A stretch of 64,000 bases of DNA from assembly GCA_030704615.1 (NCBI GenBank), contig CM060731.1, positions 77,934,001-77,998,000 on the forward strand. The letters are read 5' to 3'. Source of the stretch: Takakia lepidozioides. Lineage: Eukaryota; Plantae; Bryophyta. The notes under the pieces are model-generated. The model was not told where the DNA came from. It made no database searches and worked only from the letters and a program-made list of their open reading frames with translations. Positions 47,487 through 61,298 of this stretch are shown here, piece after piece. The stretch's first letter is position 1. Every line of letters begins with the position of its first letter. The position numbers were made by a program, and so were the translations under genes.

Positions 47487-47720
47487 AAGTGTTTTTTTCC
47501 TTGAAATCTGGAAAATAACAGGAGTGGCTACTGAGTTTCGCAAGAAATAGCCATATTTTCTGTTCATCCACTGAAATTCGAATGGGATCATCCTCCCTGT
47601 ACTTTCATCCATGTATATCATCCATATTTGGGAAAATTCATCCATGATTTATATTTTATTTGGAGAAGTTTGGCTATTTCATCCATCAGAAAACAGCGAA
47701 TTTATGACAGAATAGCCCAA
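47487..47720 (+). mobile_element. Diverged copy of the hAT-type MITE family upstream of RPAP3
   Basis: AGTGTTTTTTT start and colinear similarity to 4108-4320 (TTCTGTTCATCCA, ATCATCCATATT, AATTCATCCAT, TTTCATCCAT). Confidence 0.75.
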
Positions 47721-48200
47721 GCGGAATCTTATTTAAATTAAATATTATGATGAATTGTTTTTTTGTATAGAAAATCATATGAATTAGTTTGTAAATGGAG
47801 GTAGGTAGGTAGTGTGTGGGGTGGTCGGTAGGTAGTTTTCTAGTTCCCCCGTCGTCTTCTTGGTGAATGTGGGCAGATGAGCCGCGACATTTCTTGACAA
47901 ATTCATGGCAGATTTTTAGTTCGAAGATCCTGCCAAGGTGTTGGAGGTGTTTGCTGGAGGTATTGTCCAGTCTCTGCTCTGTGTTTGTTACCCATGTCAG
48001 TTCAGGGATATGCGAACAAGTTTCTCTCCGCAGAGTGAATGCTTGTGTCATCTCTGTGGTTCCATGCGTTGTATGTTGTGTGGCGATTCTCTGTCTCGTT
48101 TGTGTAATGTTCTTCTGTTTGGAGGTGTCTTTCAGTGTACTTGTATAGAGAAAAGGACCCTAAAGAAGTGGAGCCATCCGACTGAGGTACAGAAGGAGCC

Positions 48201-51200
48201 ATGTCGATCGAGGCACAGAAGCAGATCCGTGAGAACAACTTGGTAGGTGCTTTACTTGCCGTCTTCCGTTACAATCGCTATGCCAGCCAGGAGCAGGGAT
48301 TTGGACACAAAGTGGGCGAAGCAGGCTTCATCCTGGCATGTTCGGTCACTGTTTATGGAGTAATGAGGCTCAAGTGATTTGTCGACTATTGTAGTTAGCT
48401 ATTCATTAGGGTTAGTGTTCATCCGAGCAACTATTGCACAGTGGGTACTGCAGCTTTTTTTAAGATTGAGCCACTCAGTAAGAATGTTCGTAGATATTTG
48501 ACTTCTCTTTCTCTTTACAAGGGAGGAGGCTACTGTGACTTCCTCTCCAGCATCTGGTGAGGAATTAACAATTGAGGATACATGTGCAGGAATTACACGA
48601 CTTCCTGAAGGATTTGACAGATTGGGAGCATACGGTGAAGGAAAAGGAGAAGAAAGTGAAAGGCAGTGTTGTGAAGGATAGTGTATGTTCCGCCCTTGAT
48701 TTCACCCCTTTCTCAGCAATCTCAGAGAGAGAATGAAGGAAAAAAGACAGGAATTTGAAATGTTCGCCATGGTATGTGACCAAAACGTCTATCAGGTGAC
48801 AACAATGTCTACTGACGTAACCTGCTGCCCGAAGATGAAGAACCTCGTACAGCCTAGCATTTCTGGTCTTTGAAATTAAATGCTTCTACCCGTGAACAGA
48901 CTCTGAAGAAACATGGGAGAGAGAGAGGGGGAGGGAGACAGAAAGAAGAGAGAGATTTTATCATTTCTGGGGAAGGCCAAAGGGCTGAGGAACACAAGTA
49001 GGACCACAGCTAACAGCAGAGTGCAGAAATCACAGGAACTGCTCAAGAGAGTAATCCACTAGATGTCATTTGCTGCAGTCCCCACCTGACTTGAACTGAG
49101 CAGAAAAGGGTGGAGGGAAGGGAGGAGAGCACAATGCATCGCACCATTCTGGATACCTTACTCCAGTACTGAGGTTCACTTCGTAAGAACACACGTTAGA
49201 AGATGTAGTGTGCCTCTGAGCATGGCACATGGTCTGTTGATGGCTGTTTGCAGAAATTGCCACCTGTCCGGGGGCAGGCACAGACAACCCTTGACGAAGA
49301 AAATGATGAAGAAGAGGAAGGGCCACAGGTGACTTCAAGTGCAGCAAGTCACACATACGACTACTCCCATGATAAATGGGATAAGTTTGATGTGGTATGC
49401 ATTGGCCCCTTCCAGTTTTGGCACTCTGCTTTCTTGGTGGTAGACTTGCTTTTGCTTTTGAGATTGTCAAAATTGTTTGAAGGAACAGATAGAAGCATGA
49501 TCATAAGGATGTTGTAACTATTGTGGTCAGGAGTTTGACTGTAATGACTCAAGTTTCTCTTATGCTTATGTTTTGGCCGTTATGAATTCATCCTGTACTT
49601 TCTAAACTTTATAATGTTAAAATAAAAGTGGCTCAGTAAAACATGTACCTGACTATGCACATCAGACCACAGTGATGTAATCCTGGCCCATTAACTGGAT
49701 TCATTGTGTGTTGTGGACATCTCATTCAGTAGGATGCTGCATTAAAAGAGGTGGATGAAGAGGTGCCCAAGAAACCTCCGCCCAAAAGAGCTCCATCGAC
49801 AACCAAAACCAAGTTGACTAGCACCAAGGCAAAGCTTTCAGAGGCTCCTATAAAGCCCAGTGCCGTGCCTGCCTCACCTTCAACAAGCAACTATGAAGTT
49901 GGTGGGGTTCGGGGCAGTGGGTCCGTGGCAAGCATGGACAGTTTGTCCAACGTATTTGGCATTGAAGAACCTATCCCTGATGCTATGTCGGAGAAGGACC
50001 TTGTACGACCCTCCTTTCTTCTCTTCTGGAGCATGCAGTAGGGAGATCTTGGCCTAGGAGCGTTCAATATGCCAGGAAAGCTTGATTTTTAGCTTTGCCT
50101 TGTATAAATTTAAGCATTCTATCGATTTCAATGCAGTACTGGTGTGTCATGACCAGGGCAATGACTTTTTCAAAGAAGGAAAGTATGTCCAAGCAATTGA
50201 TTGCTATTCACGGAGCATTGCGTTGCAACCCACGGCAGTTGCCTTTGCAAACCGGGCTATGGCTTCAATCAGGATCAGAAGGTGAATCCTACTTTGCCAC
50301 CATATTAATGGTAACTGTACTTGTTTGAACTCCTTGTCAAGGATCAGAAAAATTATGAGTTGTTGGTGGAAGTGTTGTTTTTGCTCAGAGCTCAATGTGC
50401 AAGCACTCAAATGGGTCGAGTCATGAAACTGAGCCTTGTGACAAGTTATGAGGGTTGGGGCCTCAAACTTCCTATGTGGTGTCAGTAGAACCCTGAACAT
50501 TCACTAACATGGGAAACAAACCAGATATGCAGATGCTGAGCTGGATTGTACGGAAGCCATTTCTCTGGATGACCGCTATACCAAGGCTTACTCTCGACGT
50601 GGCACTGCCCGCAGAGAGCTCAAGAAGTATCTGGCAGCTGTAGATGGTGAGCGATTAAATACAAAAATCTAATCGTGACTCTCTTAACTAGAGTTAAGCA
50701 AGCAATCAGTAGAACACTGAATGGTAGCGGCATGGATGATGAAGGAAAAGAGAGATTGCCTACAAAAATAGGTGCAGCATGGGGCTTCCCTGGAGATCTC
50801 TACTCCCAGTACTGTTCTGGCCCAAAAGGCAAGAGTATTGATGTGATATGGTGTAGTAAGCTTGGTATGATTGCACTACGCCAACCATCACCCTCCCCTG
50901 CTATTCATACCTGTTCCTTCCTCCCACCACCCCCTTCTTTCCTTGCCGAACTTTTTTTCTCAATGCTCTACTACATCACTTAACTTGTGATCAACTATAA
51001 TTCTCCATCTTGCATAATACAGACTGCTATATTAGATGTCACCACTTTGAGTAAATGAGCCAAAGGTCTGAGTAAGTAGGCACAACACTTATGAGGATAT
51101 GTCTCCACTGGTGTCATTGAATAGTTTGAACATCTCCACAGATCAGGACAGATTTTTTCTTCTGCTGTCTTTACCTCTTTTGCACTTGGCCACACCACAG

Positions 51201-54200
51201 AACAAACTAGACTGAACTCTTGTTGATTCCTGTGAGCAATGTTATGAAAGGCCTTGCATAGGAAACTTATCCAACTACTGCTATGTCATCCGTGACCAAA
51301 GGGAAGTCAGTAGATTGTGCCAATACAGCTTGAGATCAAGTGCTGGATGGCTAGCGGTAGGGTTGAGAGTGTTGGCAACTTCAAACGCAATTCTTATCAC
51401 CCATTGTTTGGTTTTGATATCATCTTGTTCTGACTGCATGAGTTTAGAATTGAAAGAAGGAGGACCTGAATTTCTGTCCTCATCCTATTTCTAACAGGAA
51501 TGTGACACGTAGATTCCTCACTTTTACCTGTATGGCAGATTTTGAATTTGCATTACGCCTGGAGCCTGAGAACAAGGAGTTGAAGAAGCAGTACCTTGAA
51601 ACGAAGGAGGTCTATGAAAAAGTGAGTTTTCAAGTCAAAACTTTAGTCAAAACTTGGTTTTTGTTAAGTATGGATTTGTACTTTGTAAGGGGTCTTCCTA
51701 AAGTGGACTTGAATTTCGTCCACTGAATTAACTGGCTACTGAAGATTGCCTATCATGGAGAGTCTTTTGGCAAATCAATTGCATCTCGCAGCCAAATAGA
51801 GTTGACAATGAGTTGTTCTCGTTACATGATCAATCTCTTCCAGGAATATATATCGCTCAACCCTGCTAGATCAGGTTTGAGATCGAGCGTGGAAGATCAG
51901 GCAATATTTTTGTTCTGAACATTTTGATGGGTTGCAGGAAGCAAAGGTGAAGCCGCCACATAAGAAGGTCCATCTCCTGGTCCAAGAAACCACAGATGCC
52001 TTGCCAAAGAGTTCGGAAACCAAGCCACAGAAACCTGCCGTTTATGCAACAACAACTACGGCTGATTTGCAGCAAGATGACGCCCAATACAGTACAAAAA
52101 CTGCAATAGGAAAGTCGCAGGAGTCTGCCACTGCAAGTAAGGCTGCTGTGTCTCCTATCCACATTCCAAGAACCACAAAGACTTCTTCCCAGAAATCTGC
52201 CCTTCCTGCTTCCAGTAAGGGTGCTGTTAGCCTTGCCAAAGGAGTCTCTCAGGCCACCTCATCAATCCCTGAGACTACTGCAGCCCTTCAACCTGGAGGG
52301 AGTCAATTAACTGCTTCTGATGTTCTACCCAGCCCACCTTCGGACTCAAAAGTCTCATCTCCCAAAGCACGGGCTAAAGTGGAGGAGTCAACTAAGCAGG
52401 TACTGTCCTGCATATTAGCCAGTGTTGTTTTTTCAATAGTTGATGTAAGTCCACTCGAAGATTGAATGAGTCACTTGAATTAGATCCCCAGGCTTAAATG
52501 TTTGTCATCTTCAGCATACCTGGCAGATTGTGCATAACCTTGTTGACACTCGAAGGTTTGTTGATTGCTGGCCATGTTTATCACTTTCTTCAGTTGTTGC
52601 TTGAATTCCCTGGATGAAGGCCCTTTCAGCAGCTGCAGGAAGGTATGGTTGTACATCTACTTAAAAGCCAGGGGAAGAAACAATGAAAGACAAACAACTT
52701 AATAACGTCTGTGGAAAGGTAAAGACCTATGGGACAAGAGAAAGCAGCATACAAGAAAGAGAGCGGGGCCCTCAAGAAGCAGCCCAAAAACCAACTATTC
52801 ATCAAGGGATTTGCCAAGATGTAATGCCTCATACAGATATGCTACCAAGCATTTCTGATCTGGTAGTGGAACACCTCAGTTATAGATTGGCTGTTTTGGA
52901 ATAGTCAAAAGTACCTCCCTGGGGATCTCATAGTAGAGAGGGCAGTGAAAGAAGTGTTCTTCAGTTTCAATCTCCCTTCTGTCATCTCTAGCACAAGCGG
53001 GGCACAAGCAGTCGGCATGCTGCAGGGAAAAAGACATTTCCATGGGAAAAGACCATATCAACATACCCAAATGTTGCTTTGATATGGTGGGCTTCATGCA
53101 ATCCGGTCAGTAGCCCATTCAGACAACTTCCTATCAAACATGTCTTGGTGTTGTTCTCTACTGAACAGAAAATCATGGGGTGGGTAAATACAGGCCAAAT
53201 ATGTGGACAGAGAGGCTGCAGCATCTACACAGGCAGCAGCTGCACGTGCGGCTGAAAGTGCAAGAGCCGGGCTGGCACGCAATATGGTGGCCCCAAAGAC
53301 CTCATATGAGTTTGAGACAATGTGGAAAGGCTTTGGTGGTGATCGTCCCTTGCAGGCCCGCTTGCTAAAGGTCAGCCTCAATTTATCAGCATGATGCTAT
53401 CCATGTATGTGCAAATTTACGGCTTGTGATCTTGGCTAATGATGTCCTAGGACATTGACAACACTCGTTGTATGCACGAAGTGGATTCAGTTACAGCAAC
53501 TGTAGGTGCGCTGGAGCAAACAAGATCAAATGGGTTGAAATAGTTACATGTCTGCTGGTTTTTTCACCTCAAACTCAACCTTTTGGTTGTGAATGGCAGG
53601 TAATCGACCCATCATCATTGCCCAAAGTGTTCAAGGATTCACTGGGTGCGCCGTTGCTGATGGACATGATCCAAGCTCTCTCTCTCCTTCTACCGTAAGC
53701 ATACCTCAGGCCTTGGCTTTCAGTGTTATTTTCTGTGGGATTAGCATTATTCGTAAAATTTTGTTTCGGCGCTTGTACTGAAAATAATCAAAGAGTTTTT
53801 CTGTCATCTTTTTTCTGCTTGGTTAGCAAAAGGGAATTGTTTTCATGCCCAACTCAGGCAGAAAGATGACAACAGTGTGGCGAGTCTCACTAGGAGTGTA
53901 CAGGATTCTGAGTCCCTTACTCTGTCTTGATATCTTATGTCGAAGTGCTTTCTGCTAATTTTGTTTGCATTCCTGCTTGTATTAAGTCTAACTTCCTCAG
54001 AGCTATTTAATTTGAAACTATCTTGCAGGGACGATGCTGGTTTAGTGGTTGACATACTCGAGAATTTGACTAGGGTTGGCCGATTTAGCATGACGGTCAT
54101 GTTTCTCACATCAAAGGATAAAGCTGGTAAGGATAAAGCTGGTAATAAATTGTTTCGTGACTTCATGCTCAATGTAAAAGGACTCCTGTTGGATATACTT

Positions 54201-54583
54201 ATTCCACTCAGAACCTGGACCATCTAAATAGTGTGCAACGTAAATTTGGAAATATTCACCAGATGCTTTTCAATACATCATTTTGACTTGGTTTTGCTTC
54301 ATGGTCTCATCAGAAGCTGTTAAAATATGCTTTTTGTATCATATTTAATGCGACTCATTCTGTGGCCTTTCTCCCTGTGGAATCTCTACTGGGAAGTGGA
54401 AAAATGTGGGCTAGGTGCTCACAGCAAGATGGTTTTGGGAAGAGAGGTGCCTATGATGACAATATGTGCGGTGTCCTTATGGCAGGGCTGCGTCATCTGT
54501 GGGGTGAACTACTTGCAAATGCACAGGTCTCAAGCAAACAGCAAGAACAACTAGAATCATTGCATGCCAAATATAGACTGTAA
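48201..54583 (+). CDS. RPAP3: RPAP3-like TPR co-chaperone (R2TP complex), multi-exon
   Basis: MSIEAQKQIRENNL|ELHDFLKDLTDWE N-terminus; TPR clamp EKDLGNDFFKEGKY...AFANRAMA...YTKAYSRRGTAR...ALRLEPENKE; RPAP3 C-terminal domain PKTSYEFETMWK...LENLTRVGRFSMTVMFL; ends LHAKYRL*. Confidence 0.9.
52700..53190 (-). mobile_element. 5'-truncated non-LTR retroelement 3' end in an RPAP3 intron
   Basis: LCPACARDDRREIETEEHFFHCPLY (CCHC-like ORF2 C-terminus) plus a 3' block shared with 8590-9000. Confidence 0.6.
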
Positions 54584-56434
54584 GGGCCCTTTGTAGTGGC
54601 CTTTTTGCTGTTCAGATTTTTCTATGCTCCTACCTAGTCAGGAGTCCTCAGTGAGAGAACTGTTTGCCGTAAATGTCGACTCTGATTTGCCCAAAGGAGC
54701 TTACATGCAGTGTTTTCCTGGAGCAAGTCCTAAGTTGAATTGCAGCCTCCCTTGCCTTCACCAGGTGCAAACCTATCTCTTTTTTATCTCGTTTTCCCTT
54801 TCATGGTAAGTCCACTACTGGATTGAACCCTCACAAAGGTAGTGTCTATTCCATATGTTTTCGTCCAAACTGGGTGTGGGGGTCTATGGCCACAAGACTA
54901 CGGCAAACAAAATCTTGTGTACATTCTCTTTTTTGCTCTTGCTTCAGGGAGGATTAGTTTCATGTGGGACCTGAGGGGTCAATGGCCATAAGGCTATGGC
55001 AAGGCAACATTCAGAATGTCATGAATACATTCTTTGTTATCTTGGCCTAACAGGGACCAATGTCACTGGCCAGAATTTCTACAACAAATGAGTACATCTT
55101 TCTCTTGCTCCACTATACCTATTTACAGTCTACTTTTGAAGGATTGAGATGAGGCGATGTCAGTCAATGGTATCAACATTAATGTGAACCTTTTGCAACT
55201 CTGATACACCAGATTTCTTATCAGCCACTCCCATGCCCCAGTAAGCATGCCATGCTGCATGTATGTCTGTACATGTCCCCACTTCCATGAAAGCAAGGAG
55301 GTACATACAGAGGTGGGCCTTAGTGATCTGGCCAAATTCATTGATAGAAAATAGCAAAGGTATGAGGAAATATATAGATTCCTTTGGGAACTTGCAAATC
55401 TTGGTACATTGTTCTGAGAAAACTGGAAGTCTATGCGATACTCTTAAGAAAATTGACATAGCTCAAATGTTGCATTTCCGAGGAAACTGGAGGATTCAGA
55501 AAATGCTGGGAGGCGAGATGAAGCCGCCCCAGCAACCTCTGCCCGACGTCAGATAGAGCTTGAGCCTTTTGTATAGCAACAGAAATCGTTGTCTAAAGAA
55601 GGCTACCAATATGGAAAACACTAATATGAAAAACTGAACCGGCTGGTATAAAAAGTTCCAATACCTAGACGAGGGACCTACCACGAAAGGAATCACTCAC
55701 AGTTTTGATCCTAGGCTGGCAGCTTAGACCAGAGAAAGAAAATGATCTCAATGGTCTCTGGAGGATTAGATAGTTCAGTGATGAGATTGTCTCTGTACAC
55801 TATGTATCTGAGGAAGAAGTGACTGCTCTACCAAGATGGTCTTCATAGTTTCATTATAGTTTTGTAATGGCCCTTGGATCCTACTTGGGAAAGTGAAAAC
55901 TGCCTGGGTTTCATACCTGAAGATGAAAATCAAAGGGCAGCACTTGACAGGCTTTGTTGGGCCTTTGCATTGGTCACGTTGGGTTTGACACTTTTTGTTT
56001 CGTGAAAGAGCACTGAGTTGGTGTGTCTTACAATTCAATGGATGAAAGTCTTACATGTCCTAATGAAGATTGGTCAACAGTGTATGTATAGTCTGGGAAG
56101 GTGGCCCAGTGACTGACTCAGAAAGAAAGCACAGTAAGTAGTAGACACACAAGTTGCAGTAAAAAGTATGATATGAATGCACCCACAGAGAGCAGCCTTT
56201 CACCGAACGTGGAGGTGACATATGAATGTGCAACGTGCCAGGCTCCTTCTTCATCTTTTTCGGGACTCAGCTAACAAGAAGAACAACTGCTTCACCTTTG
56301 CCGGGATAGTGGGGTATGGATGAATCACGCAGACACCGACATTGGGTAGACTGGCAAGCATCTCGCTTCCTTGCACGGTCCCAGCTCCCCTCTCTGTTGG
56401 GTTTTCTGTGAGTGCTCTGTTTGGGTGTTGAAGA

Positions 56435-59400
56435 ATGGCCACCTGGAGACGCTCTTGGGTGCTGCTGATCTTTGCTGCATTGCTGGGTGGTGTGGTGCTG
56501 TCGCATTTGAGACAATGCAATGCATTGCAGGAGGAGGATGAGCGACACCTTGACGAGGCTGAGTTGGCAGAGCTGTTGGAGAATGGGGAGGATGCTGATC
56601 CCGCCGACGGTTCTGATGTGACAGGCCTTGCGGAGGATGAATTCGGTGACTTTGATGAAGAGGGCGATGAGGGTGGGAATGGCGTGGCGATCGACGAGAA
56701 GGATGTGGTTGTGCTTGGATCTGATAATTTCACACAGTTTGTAGATGCACACAACTATGTATTGGTAGAGTTTTACGCCCCGTGGTGTGGACATTGCCAG
56801 GCGCTAGTGCCTGAGTATGCCGAGGCCGCCACTTCGCTGAAGGGGGAAGTCTCTCTTGCGAAGGTGGATGCCACTGTGCACGACGAGCTGGGGCAGACAT
56901 ATGGAGTAGCAGGCTATCCTACCCTGTTATTCTTCATCGATGGCGTACACAAGCCCTACACAGGGCAGCGGACTAAGTGAGTCAACTCCATCTTGAAATT
57001 CTTCACCTGTTCTGACAATGTTCGTTGGGGTACTGATGAGATTCAAGGATTCCTCATGGAGGAATCGTGCCACTTCTCCCCTTTCTATTCCTCGAAATGT
57101 GTCTGTTATGGGTTCTTTACTCCGTGGGGGTAGGTGGTAGTGGGTGGTACACATTAGTGTTCCCCCCAAAAAATGCAAGAAGGCAGAAAATTTCATGCTT
57201 CTGACTGCTTCTACTCTGGCAAAGAGGGTTCAAGCGGCAGCAGTTGGTTTTGGAGGTAAGACAAGTAATTCACTCAGCTACTGAACTTGTTTGTTGAAAG
57301 TGGCTCCAGAAAGAGTATCCGACATCCAGCCATTTGGCAGCACTCTGAAGTAAGCACCAAACTTCCTAACTTTGTAACTATCAAGATGAAGACTGCTAAA
57401 ATGGGCGATACCGGTGGAATTTGGTATGGATTGGCCAGGCGTGGCCCCTATGCATAACAAGGGCCTTTTGTAGATCAGAATCCTCAAAACTGGCTGTGGT
57501 CATTGGAGTTTGTGTTTACAAACCTGACAGTCATGTCAAGATTTAAACCCATTAAATGGTCTGCATGCAGGGATGAAATTGTGAAGTGGGTAAAGAGGAA
57601 GACTGGACCATCAGTTGAGACCATAACCTCAACAGATGACGCCGAACTATTGTTGGATTCCGACAATCCCATTGCTGTCGCCTACCTCGAAAAACTTGAG
57701 GTATCATTCGTATGACTAAGCTGTAGTCCACTAATGCACCTATCAAGGTTTTCCCCAGATTTGGCTTTCCTGTTTTAGTAATGGGTTGCAGTTCCTCAGT
57801 TTTATAACTTGCCTTCTTGTTTGAGAGGCCACTAGTCAATAACCTGTTCATCCTGGGCTTTGTTTGATAGGGTCCTGAAGCAGATGAGTTGATTTCAGCA
57901 GCAAGGCAGGAAGACGCAGTTATGTTTTATATGACCAGCAATGTCGAGGTGGCTCGTGTATTCAGTCTTGAGAAGAAGCAGCCTGCCTTGGTGTTGCTGA
58001 AGAAGGAAAATGAGAAGGACACACAGTTTGGTAAGAATGGCTCCATTGAATGCTAAATGTGTACTGTTCTTGCATGTCTGTAGTTGGCAATGGAGTTTGT
58101 ACTTGTATTAATGGCATGATTGTTTGCAGTTGTTGCTCCGCTAAAGCAAGTTAGAACATGCAATCGGGTCTTATTCCAAATCTTTACAACTCATTGAGAG
58201 AGTGACAAGGAGCTCTTCTCTTATACGCATCCCGTCAATCCCCCTACCCAATGAATATGCAGCTGGGGTCTAGCTTATGTTGTTACCAATTGTTGGCTTA
58301 ATACCAGAGAGCCAAGAGCATAGGATTGCGATGGTACCATAATGTAGTCAGATCCAGTGGTTAAGGTTCTTCACGTATATCTGTCTTGCATAAGATGTTA
58401 CAAAGCGATTGAAGGAAGTTAGTGCTCAATCAATTTCATCTTGCTATTGGTAATCTTAAAATGTATTTAGGATTACTTTGGAGTGGGGATTTACAATGGC
58501 TGTCTCCGTGTTTGATGTTTGCAGATGGGAGATTTGAGAGGAAGTCTCTTGCTAACTTTGTGTATGAAAACAAGCTGCCACTGGTGACCACATTCAATCG
58601 AGAGACAGCATCCTCCATTTTTGAGAGTGACATTAAGAGACAAGTAAGTCAGCTTATTTTGGGTTAAAGCTTCCATCAGCTTTACAGCTACTGATTCTGT
58701 TCAATATGTGTGTGGCAATGCTGGTGCAATTAATTTGGCTTACAACCTTTTGTACTGAAACAAGCCAGCACCATCGTGTTTGATTAGGGGAAGTGGTGCC
58801 AGAAAAACATTAAGAGAGAGCAAGCATCCTGAGACCATTCCTTCTTTTCCTGGGGGCAGGGGGGAATGGATCTGGAACAATGTTCATATTGATCTCCCAT
58901 ATGAGACAACTGCTACAATATTAGTGTGCTTAACCCGTTTCTCTTGATCAGATGTGTTGCATAAATTGCAAGCTGAAGTCTTATTTGGTGTGTTCCAACT
59001 GGGTACTTGTGGTTTTGGCTCGTGTGGTGCAGGTCATCCTTTTTGTTTTTCCTGAGGAGTATGAGGCACTGAGTCCAGTCTTTGAAGAAGCGTCAAAGTC
59101 CTTCAGAGGAAAGGTAACGATCTACTCTCATACTTTTGCTTATTTCTTAAGACTGTATGTTGAGCTGGACTACATGTTGCCAGCTTCCAGCTGCCAGTTT
59201 CTGATACTACCCTCATGGAGATGCAGCTTATTTTTGTGCATGTGAACCTCGGTGAAGAAGAGTCAGCGAAAATTCTTGAGTTCTTTGGCATCACTGGTGA
59301 CCACACTTCGGTAATCTATCAATCCACAATTGCCATGAAGTTTTTTGACTTGATCGTATACTTTGGTATATTGCTGGCTGTGGCTTGCCAGTTATTTTTC

Positions 59401-61298
59401 CTCATCCCTACCGTATTTTTTGTTGTAACATTCTCAACTTAATTTCCTCTATAGCTAAGTGAAGTGTCCTTGTTGGGTTGATGAAGTGGGAGTGGGAACT
59501 GAGAGGAGCAGGCATGGCTGTTACAGGTAATGGGGTTTGTGGCAGAGGAGGATGGTCGTAAGTACTTGCTGGAGGGGGCTGTAACTGTTGATGCTCTCAA
59601 GGTCAGTTTGCCTCTATTGAATGCTATGTTTTTAGGAGTTGCTGGAGGAATTGCGACAATTATGTGACCAGAATGTGTGTCTGAGTGCGTGTTACACACC
59701 TAACACCCCTGTAACTTTCCTGCTGTGGTCAGACATTTGGAGAAGAGTTTTTGGCTGACAGACTGAAACCTTTCCTCAAGTCACAACCTATCCCTGAAAA
59801 GGTACAACTTATCTCAAGGGATTGCTTATTTTGAGCCATGAAACTTATGGAGCAAGAAATACTTGTCTGTGGTCACTGGTAACAATAGTTGTTTGTTCGT
59901 TTATCTACGAGCTAAAGTATGTCCATGGCTTCACTTTCCATGTATAAAGCACATTGCCTCATCATGTTGCTGTAGTTCATTGACACACTGTCTGGGCAAT
60001 TAGATATCTGATAGTCAGATTGACTAGCCGAAGTACACTCCATCAAAGCAGTTCAGGGAAAGGATATGTATCTTCGTTAATTGTCAGAACCTGTATGCAT
60101 TTTGGGGGTGCTATTTGTGCAGAATGATGATGATGTGAAGGTAGTCGTGGGCCACAACTTTGATGAGATTGTTCTTGATGAGTCCAAGGATGTCCTTCTT
60201 GAGGTAAAACTCACTTTGACCCTTGGAGCTACCCAAAATCTTTCAACTCCGAATCTCCCTTTCACTTTTGCTAGTTATGTTTTAAATGGGGATACATAAG
60301 AATAGACCAATACTGGTATCCTCTTTCATGATTTTTAAAAGATGAGGGTATAGTCATGACAAGCACTTGGAGCTGGATGTTACAATGAAATCATGTGCCA
60401 GGAGGTGACTCTTACATTGTCTTGCAGATCTATGCTCCCTGGTGTGGCCACTGCCAAGCATTGGAGCCCACATACAAGAAGCTGGGCAAACGGCTGCAAG
60501 GGGTGGAGTCTTTAGTTATAGCCAAGATGGATGGCACTGCCAATGAGCATGTGCGGGCTAAGGTTTGCACGCTTTTTCTCTCTCCCCATTTTGAAACCAT
60601 GTCTTCGCATTAAGGGAACTGGAAGAATATTCAGAGCTAGCGCAGGAGCTCAGTTGATGTTTATGATGTGACAACCTCTGGATACAAGTTCTTGTCTTTC
60701 TAATGTTAAGAGCTCATGAACTCTGGACATGTATATGATTCCTTGTGCTTTGGTGGCTGGCTGTATCAATGAGATCCTCTCTTGCCTTGCCAGTGCGTGT
60801 TGGCAACATTTGTGTAAACCACCTAATCCATCTGCATTGTCTTCTACGTCTCTGAGAAGTGGCTGGGGGATTGGTCTGATTTGCAGTCTGATGGCTACCC
60901 CACATTACTCCTCTTCCCTGCTGGCAAAAAGAGCTTTGAACCGGTAAGCTTGTTCATATACTGCTCTACAAGGATTTTAAGACATGTCTGCAATTTTGAT
61001 TCTGATGTGTTGACTGGTTCTATACAAATTAGGTAACAATCCAGAAGATGATGAATTCTGTGTCCCTAGAATGCTCAGTGTGATGGATTGGAGCTTGAAA
61101 TGATCTGGTTGTTGTATGATACAGATAACGGTGGATGCGGACAGGACTGTGAAAGGACTCTATAAATTTTTGAAGAAGAATTCTGCGATCCCCTTTACCT
61201 TACCCAAGAGTGCTGATAACAAAGCAAACACATCGAAGTCTTCAACAGCGACAGTAGAAGAAACCAGCCCTGTAGATGAGCCCAAAGACGAGCTATGA
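56435..61298 (+). CDS. PDI: Protein disulfide isomerase, plant PDIL1-3/1-4 type (signal peptide, acidic segment, a-b-b'-a', KDEL)
   Basis: Two APWCGHC active sites (~56776 and ~60434), hydrophobic signal peptide, D/E-rich N-terminal segment, C-terminal KDEL*; about 12 GT-AG exons. Confidence 0.95.
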
